Part shown: piece by piece, positions 1 to 5,610 of the stretch
How positions within the stretch are numbered: position 1 is the stretch's first letter
How the letters are laid out: every line of letters begins with the position of its first letter
Assembly (NCBI RefSeq): GCF_006345805.1
Contig: NW_021829775.1
Coordinates: 1-5,882, forward strand
Length of the DNA stretch: 5,882 nt
Direction of reading: 5' to 3'
From: Octopus sinensis
Lineage: Eukaryota
The notes under the pieces: model-generated
Seen by the model: the letters and a program-made list of their open reading frames with translations, nothing else
What the model was told of the DNA's origin: nothing
The model's database searches: none
Translations under genes and position numbers: made by a program

Positions 1-98
1 CGCGGTGGAAGCTTAGGGGTGTTTCTCTCATAACACACACACTCACCTGGTCTGAGATTCAAACCCGCGATCCCTCGACCGCGAGTCCGCTGCTCCAC
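1..98 (-). mobile_element. tRNA-derived SINE family A, second copy (5' part only, runs off the window, A box missing)
   Basis: 1-95 aligns with roughly 280-375 (gcttagg..tgttt..ctcataa..acacac..tctgagattc[a/g]aacccgcgatccctcgaccgcgagtccgctgctc). The B box reads GGTTTGAATCT on the minus strand and the A-box segment is absent. Confidence 0.85.
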
Positions 99-400
99 AA
101 TGTTCCTTCTCGAGACATGCCTGGCTCATAAGGGCCGGTTTCCCGGTTTCCTTGGCGTATAGGTTCCCCACCTGGACGGGACCCCGGTCCGTCGCAGGTG
201 AGCTGCAAGATGCAGGAGGAAAGAGCGAGAGAAAGTTGTGGCGAAAGAGTCAGCAGAAGTTCGCCATTACTTTCTGCCGGAGCCACGTGGAGCTTAGGTG
301 TTTTCGCTCATAAACACACACATCGACCGCTCTGAGATTCGAACCCGCGATCCCTCGACCGCGAGTCCGCTGCTCTAACCACTAGGCCATGTGCCTACAC
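99..400 (-). mobile_element. tRNA-derived SINE family A, near full length (~300 bp), tRNA-Arg-like head
   Basis: The minus strand begins GGCACATGGCCTAGTGGTTAGAGCAGCGGACTCGCGGTCGAGGGATCGCGGGTTCGAATCTCAG, with A and B boxes but no matching acceptor stem. A ~230-bp non-tRNA body follows. A second copy lies immediately adjacent. Confidence 0.85.
335..389 (-). promoter_or_regulatory. RNA polymerase III type-2 internal promoter of SINE A (A box 389-379, B box 345-335)
   Basis: A box TGGCCTAGTGG and B box GGTTCGAATCT match the TRGCNNARYGG and GTTCRANNC consensus with tRNA-like spacing. Confidence 0.8.
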
Positions 401-702
401 GAACAAATACTACGACGTGTTTATTTCCAAATATTTATCCTCTGCACCCCTCCCCCTCCTCCACCCTTTTATCTCCTTCATGTGCCGTTCGGAATTGGTG
501 AATCTACACTTCTACTTACGGCTGGACTTTTCTCTCGGAGCCATCCACAGAACTCACCGCTGGCACTGTTTCGTGGCCTCGCAGATTCATAAGGCGGTGT
601 ATGTACTTGGTGACCTCATGAAATTCTCCATTTTACACATACAGGCTGCGACGGGTAAACTGTCGTCATTTCTCTATTTTCTAATTTCGTGCGAGCGCTT
701 CG

Positions 703-1100
703 TTTACTCTTTTACTCTTTTACTTGTTTCAGTCATGTGACTGCGGCCATGCTGGAGCACCGCCTTTTAGTCGAGCAAATCGACCCCCGGGACTTATTCT
801 TTTTTGTAAGCCCAGTACTTATTCTATCGGTCTCTTTTGCCAAACCGCTAAGTGTCGGGGACGTAAACACACCAGGGGGACAAACACAGACACACAAACA
901 CACACACAAATACATATATATATATATACATATATACGACAGGCTTCTTTCAGTTTCCGTCTACCAAATCCACTCATAAGGCATTGGTCGGCCCGGGGCT
1001 ATAGCAGAAGACACTTGCCCAAGATGCCACGCAGTGGGACTGAACCCGGAACCATGTGGTTTGTTAGCAAGCTACTTACCACACAGCCACTCCTACGCCT
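703..1100 (-). mobile_element. tRNA-derived SINE family B, full length, with internal (TA)n/(TG)n and a (GTAAAAGA)n-type tail
   Basis: It is the reverse complement of 2298-2708 over nearly its whole length. A-box-like TGGCTGTGTGG, B-box-like GGTTCAGTCCC, then CTTGGGCAAGTGTCTT; it ends ...GAAACAAGTAAAAGAGTAAAAGAGTAAA. Confidence 0.9.
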
Positions 1101-1126
1101 GTTTGTTTGTGATTTTGTCGACTACA

Positions 1127-1375
1127 CGGCACTTGATGCTTTGGGAACCAGGCAAAAATTGCTGCAGCTCGGCCGGGATGTGTTACCCCACTCTCCATAT
1201 TCACCAGATATTGCTCCTTCGGATTTCCACTTATTAAGGTCTCTGCAGAATAGTCTTAATGGTAAAAATTTCAATTCCTTGGATGACGTAAAAAGATACC
1301 TTGATGAATTCTTTGCCATGAACACACCTCAATTCTGGGAAGAGGGTATTTTCAAGTTAAAGGAAAGATGGAGAC
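1127..1375 (+). pseudogene. mariner (Tc1/mariner, DD34D) transposase fragment, copy 1, no TIRs
   Basis: It translates ..LGTRQKLLQLGRDVLPHSPYSPDIAPSDFHLLRSLQNSLNGKNFNSLDDVKRYLDEFF..ERWR, carrying the mariner YSPD(L/I)APSD motif. About 95% identical to 1510-1757 by hand alignment. Confidence 0.92.
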
Positions 1376-1871
1376 CCATAAAATAGGATTTGACTACACA
1401 TCCATTTAGAGCACAGCTTAAGCTATCTTTTCGTGGAATAAGGTTTATGTTCCTATAACCTGTGTTAATTCTGTAACCCTTTAAAATGGAAGATAAGAAA
1501 GTTCATTTTCGGCACTTGATGCTTTGGGAACCACACAAAAATTGCTGCAGCTCGGCTGGGATGTGTTACCCCACCCTCCATATTCACCAGATATTGCTCC
1601 TTCGGATTTCCACTTATTCAGGTTGTGCAGAATAGTCTTAATGGTAAAAATTTCAATTCCTTGGATGACGTAAAAAGATACCTTGATGAATTCTTTGCCA
1701 TGAAACCCCCTCGGTTCTGGGAAGAGGGTATTTTCAAGTTAAAGGAAAGATGGAGACGCATTGTGCAACAAAATGGTTCATATTTGGTTGATTAAAAAAT
1801 GTAATGGCAAGTATTTATTGACCTTTTTCTTTCCTTTAAAAATCGTCATGAACTTTCCGGACAACTCAATA
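1376..1871 (+). mobile_element. Non-autonomous, internally deleted mariner, copy 2: presumed partial 5' UTR, fused N-/C-terminal transposase remnants, 3' UTR and right TIR ending in TA
   Basis: ATG at 1486 gives MEDKKVHFRHLMLW (a mariner-type N-terminus). It runs directly into C-terminal LGT.QKLLQLGWDVLPHPPYSPDIAPSDFHLF..ERWRRIVQQNGSYLVD*, stop at 1793-1795. The TIR-like end AAAAATCGTCATGAACTTTCCGGACAACTCAATA is at 1838-1871. No left TIR is in the window. Confidence 0.88.
1486..1795 (+). pseudogene. Disrupted mariner transposase: 13-14 N-terminal codons joined out of frame to the ~90 C-terminal codons, plus a 1-bp deletion near 1624
   Basis: The N-terminal frame (codons from 1486) and C-terminal frame (from 1524) differ. 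GGTTGTGCAG here versus GGTCTCTGCAG in copy 1 shows a further frameshift. Confidence 0.85.
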
Positions 1872-2020
1872 CTTCTAGTCCTCCATGTCAGATAACTTTT
1901 CCTCAACCATACCTCTAATCTTTATGCTCTTCAACGCCGTTCGTTATTCACCAATACATCAAGTTCTCGAAAAAGTGAGGCACGAAAAGCGATAAATCTA
2001 ACCCGAACATCATGTATATA

Positions 2021-2054
2021 AAAAATCGGCATGAACTTCCCGGACAACCCAATA
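2021..2054 (+). mobile_element. Solo mariner terminal inverted repeat in right-end orientation
   Basis: AAAAATCGGCATGAACTTCCCGGACAACCCAATA is 31/34 identical to 1838-1871, in the same orientation and ending in TA. The upstream sequence is not mariner-like. Confidence 0.85.
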
Positions 2055-2110
2055 CTTCATGCATCTATTAAACGCTACCACGCTTTAGTACTTTAAGAAA
2101 AATGCTTCAT

Positions 2111-2297
2111 AGATGCCGGAGTGGCTGTGTGGTAAGTAGCTTGCTTACCAACCACATGGTTCCGGGTTCAGTCCCACTGCGTGGCATCTTGGGCAAGTGT
2201 CTTCTGCTATATCCCCGGGCCGGCCAATGCCTTGTAAGTGGATTTGGTAGACGGAACCTGAAAGAAGCCTGTCGTATATATATATATATATATATAT
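2111..2297 (+). mobile_element. SINE family B, 5' half (tRNA-like head and central domain) ending in (TA)n
   Basis: A-box-like TGGCTGTGTGG at 2122-2132 and B-box-like GGTTCAGTCCC at 2165-2175. Near-identical to 2301-2460. Confidence 0.9.
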
Positions 2298-2708
2298 GCA
2301 GGAGTGGCTGTGTGGTAAGTAGCTTGCTACCCAACCACATGGTTCCGGGTTCAGTCCCACTGCGTGGCATCTTGGGCAAGTGTCTTCTGCTATATCCCCG
2401 GGCCGGCCAATGCCTTGTAAGTGGATTTGGTAGACGGAAACTGAAAAGAAGCCTGTCGTATATATGTATATATATATATATGTATGTGTGTCGGTGTTTG
2501 TCTCCCTAGCATTGCTTGACAACCGACGATGCTGGTGTGTTTACGTCACCGTCACTTAGCGGTTCGGCAAAAAAGAGACCGATAGAATAAGTACTGGGCT
2601 TACAAAAAAAAAGAATAAGTCCCTGGTCGCTTTGCTCGACTAAAAAAAAAAGGCGGTGCTCCAGCATGGCCGCAGTCAAATACCTTGAAACAAGTAAAAG
2701 AGTAAAAG
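2298..2708 (+). mobile_element. SINE family B, full length
   Basis: Same head, internal (TA)n/(TG)n, and 3' part ..GGTGCTCCAGCATGGCCGCAGTCAAA..GAAACAAGTAAAAGAGTAAAAG. It is an inverted match to 703-1100. Confidence 0.9.
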
Positions 2709-3314
2709 GAGAGTATATCGAGAGGTTTCACTTTTTTTAAGTACACTTGCAGACGATGTTGTTTCGTTCGAATTCGCCCGTTTTTTTTCACCAACCACGT
2801 GTGTGTATGCACACCCATCGTTGTCACCGGCTTTTATTTTTCGTATTTGTTATGTAGTAATTTTCGTTGAAATATCATTATCCTTTTTCAATTTTAAACT
2901 GTTTATTTGTTTGTGTGTTCTTAATGTTAGCTTTAGGTATTGTTTTCTTTCTTTGTTTGGGAGAAGTTTTTCTTCTGTTCGACTTAATTTCTTCTGGAGG
3001 GGGTACGGTTCCTGTGTAACGGGAAGCTCTTATTGACTCGGAGTTATAATAATGTGAGAGAGAAAAAAAAGAAAAATGGAGGAATTTCATTCTTTATTAA
3101 TTAAAAAAAAAAAAAAAAGGGGGAAAACGAGACCTTGTTATTTCACCCGGTGAATTCCCTAAAATATGCAATAAAGGGTGCCAGTGTGAAGCAAAATACG
3201 AAATGAAGATTAATTCTTTCAGTTGTGCTGCGCAAAAACTCTTCAAGAAATCTCGGAGCAAAATTAATTTTAGACACGTCTGAACGAGTCAGTAGCAAAA
3301 ACGGATGAAGAAGC

Positions 3315-3357
3315 TGATGATGGTAATGATGATGTTGATGATGATGATGATGATGAT
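3315..3357. repeat. Imperfect (TGA)n microsatellite
   Basis: tgatgatggtaatgatgatgttgatgatgatgatgatgatgat, read directly. Confidence 0.9.
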
Positions 3358-3391
3358 AATAATGACAATAGCGGTTCAAACGACAGTGATG

Positions 3392-3451
<60 letters not shown>

Positions 3452-3463
3452 CAACAACAACAA
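3392..3463. repeat. (AAT)n microsatellite (3392-3449) followed by short (ACA)n
   Basis: Read directly. Confidence 0.97.
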
Positions 3464-3480
3464 GAATATTTGTTATAATA

Positions 3481-3897
3481 ATCCGTTCTACTGTAAGCAC
3501 AAAGCCTAGAATTTGAGAAAATAGTTTTAAGTCGATTACATCGACCCCAGTGCATAACTGGTACTTATTTAATCGAAGGCGGCGAGCTGGCAAAAACGTT
3601 AGCACACCGGGCGAAATGCTTAGCAGTATTTCGTCTGCCGCTACGTTCTGAGTTCAAATTCCGCCGAGGTCGACTTTGCCTTTCATCCTTTCGGGGTCGA
3701 TTAAATAAGTACCAGTTACGCACTGGGGTCGATATAATCGACTTAATCCGTTTGTCTATCCTTGTTTGTCCTCTATGTGTTTAGCCCCTTGTGGGTAGTA
3801 AAGAAATAGGTACTTATTTAATCGACCCCGAAAGAATAAAAGGCAAAGTAGATCTTGGCGGATTTTGAATTCAGAACGTAAAGACGGGCGAAATACC
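3481..3897 (-). mobile_element. SINE family C, headless second monomer with tail type A, split into 3481-3576 and 3809-3897 by a nested insertion
   Basis: Removing 3577-3825 restores gtcgattacatcgaccccagtgcataactggtacttatttaatcgaccccgaaag.., colinear with the intact copy at 3964-4080. The tail resembles 4600-4630. Confidence 0.85.
3577..3808 (+). mobile_element. SINE family C monomer (tail type B) nested in an antisense family-C copy, flanked by a 17-bp TSD
   Basis: Head AGGCGGCGAGCTGGCAAAAACGTT, B-box-like GAGTTCAAATTCC at 3650-3662, body GCCTTTCATCCTTTCGGGGTCGATTAAATAAGTACCAG. Flanking direct repeats GGTACTTATTTAATCGA at 3560-3576 and 3809-3825. Confidence 0.92.
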
Positions 3898-4130
3898 TTT
3901 TTCTTTACTACCCACAAGGAGCTAAACACAGAGAGGACAAACAAGGACAGACAAACGGATTAAGTCGATTATATCGACCCCAGTGTGTAACTGGTACTTA
4001 TTTAATCGACCCCGAAAGGATGAAAGGCAAAGGAAGTCTCGGCGGAATTTAAAATCAGAACGTAAAGACGGATGAAATACCGCTAAGCATTTCGCCCGGC
4101 GTGCTAACGATTCTGCCTGCTCTGCCGCCT
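3896..4130 (-). mobile_element. SINE family C monomer with head and tail type B (first monomer of an apparent dimer)
   Basis: It is the reverse complement of 3577-3810 along its full length, with several substitutions concentrated in the 5' half. Confidence 0.9.
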
Positions 4131-4139
4131 ATAATAATG

Positions 4140-4226
<87 letters not shown>
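4131..4226. repeat. (AAT)n microsatellite, ~32 units
   Basis: Read directly; one ATG interruption near 4137. Confidence 0.97.
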
Positions 4227-4537
4227 GCCCTGGGAATGATAGCAAAAGGGGCTGATTGCTACCTAACTCAGATACCAGGAAACCCCAAAATGGCAGAATT
4301 TCAAAAGATAGTGCTCATGGGAACTGCTCATATCCTACGCAAAATACTTTCTATGTAATCTCAAGGTTTAAAACAAACATTTTTTTTTTAGACATCCACT
4401 AGTACAACACAAAAAACAACCAAATATATGGCACACTAGGCATAACAACAACGTGAACTTCCAACCTGTTGTCTCTTGAGGTCTCTGGGTGAGACTTGGA
4501 GCCAACTTGTACAAACATAAAGCAAAAGTCAAACATA

Positions 4538-4538
<1 letters not shown>
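4227..4538 (+). mobile_element. 5'-truncated non-LTR retrotransposon 3' end, R4/Dong-like (restriction-like endonuclease type)
   Basis: 4227-4358 encodes ALGMIAKGADCYLTQIPGNPKMAEFQKIVLMGTAHILRKILSM*. This fits the 'ALG.I...QK..L.GTA.ILR..L' C-terminus of RLE-type non-LTR ORFs as I recall it. A ~180-bp putative 3' UTR follows, and (AAT)n lies on both sides. Confidence 0.7.

Positions 4539-4598
<60 letters not shown>
4539..4598. repeat. (AAT)n microsatellite, ~20 units
   Basis: Read directly; it lies between the LINE end and the tail of a minus-strand SINE C. Confidence 0.97.
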
Positions 4599-4599
<1 letters not shown>

Positions 4600-4960
4600 T
4601 CCTTTCTCCCATAGGCACAAGGCCTGAAATTTCGGGGGAGGGGCTCAGTCGATAAAATCGACCCCAGTGCGTAATTAGTACTTAATATATCGACCACGAA
4701 AGGGTTCCTTTCTCTTATAGCCACAAGGCCTGAAATTTTGGTGGAAGGGCCCAGTCGATAATATCGACCCCAGTGCGTAATTAGTACTTAACATATCGAC
4801 CACGAAATGGTTCCTTTCTCCTATAGCCACAAGGCCTGAAGTTTGTGGAGAAGGGGACATCGAATCCAGTACTCATCTAGTACTTAATTTATCATCCCCC
4901 GAAAGGCTGAGAGACAAAGTCTCGGCGGGTTCGAACTCAGAACGTTAAGGCGGACAAAAT
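4599..4960 (-). mobile_element. SINE family C (tail type A) with the 3' ~106 bp present three times in tandem; head missing
   Basis: TCCTTTCTC..ATAG[G/C]CACAAGGCCTGAA starts at 4600, 4706 and 4812. The third unit continues into the body ..GAAAGG..CTCGGCGGGTTCGAACTCAGAACG..GGACAAAAT. Confidence 0.85.
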
Positions 4961-5090
4961 CAAGCTGAATGTGATATGGCTAGCATATGTCAAGATGAAA
5001 GCATTCCTGACAGATAGATATGTGTGTGTATATTCGTGTTAGTACCTATATGTAGAGTTTTGTCTGTGCATCATTTTAAGGAGTGTATAT

Positions 5091-5182
5091 ATTGGGTTGT
5101 CCAGTGAAGGAGCCTTGGATCTGGGTTAGAAACTGGCTCTTTCTCTCTTGGCAAGAAATCTTGAAGTAAAACTGAAATTACA
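5091..5182 (+). mobile_element. Probable short retroposon 3' end with a (TACA)n tail
   Basis: A ~90-bp complex segment directly precedes a long (TACA)n and resembles a cephalopod repeat terminus from memory. There is no second copy or TSD in the window. Confidence 0.35.
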
Positions 5183-5541
5183 ACATACATACATACATAC
5201 ATACATACATACATACATACATGCATACATACATACATACGTACATACATATATACATGCATACATCCATAAATACATACATACATATATACACGCAGCA
5301 TACATACATACATACATACTACTACATACATACATACATAATACATAATACAATACATAATTTACCATACATACATACAGCATACTACATACATACATAC
5401 ATATATATACATGCATACATCCATAAATACATACCATCATACCTACATACAAATAATACATTACATACATACATACATACATACAAACATACACATACAT
5501 ACATACATACATACATACATACATACATACATACATACATA
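5183..5541. repeat. Long imperfect (TACA)n microsatellite (~360 bp)
   Basis: Read directly; pure at both ends and degenerate in the middle. Confidence 0.97.
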
Positions 5542-5610
5542 GACGAAATCGACTATATTGATACTCATGATTGCAAATAATATTCAGCGGCGGATGCAAG
5601 GGTGTTGCAG

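Noticed and set aside
330-396. tRNA-Arg gene
   Set aside because: It has A and B boxes but no complementary acceptor stem, and it continues into a repeated SINE body. It is a SINE head.
724-1386. 220-aa ORF ending in a mariner catalytic-domain segment (a SETMAR-like fusion?)
   Set aside because: It starts at TTG, not ATG. The first ~125 codons are antisense SINE B including microsatellite, and only the last catalytic Asp region is present. This is a chance open frame across adjacent repeats.
2102-2522. ORFs with an internal ~60-aa repeat on both strands
   Set aside because: These are translations of the duplicated SINE B head and (TA)n.
3142-3154. Interrupted palindrome TTCACC-C-GGTGAA
   Set aside because: It is a single short palindrome with no repetition or context, compatible with chance.
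3076-3320. Possible exon (TTCTTTCAG acceptor near 3221), AATAAA at 3170-3175 and A16 at 3103-3118
   Set aside because: All frames after the acceptor reach a stop within ~30 codons. The A-run is upstream of the AATAAA and has no TSD, so there is no support for an exon or processed pseudogene.
3143-3605. Poly-Y/H, poly-L/S and acidic D/N-rich reading frames
   Set aside because: These are translations of (TGA)n and (AAT)n microsatellites.
4600-4860. CRISPR-like repeat array
   Set aside because: The whole 106-bp unit repeats and derives from a SINE. There are no unique spacers and no cas genes, and the context is eukaryotic.
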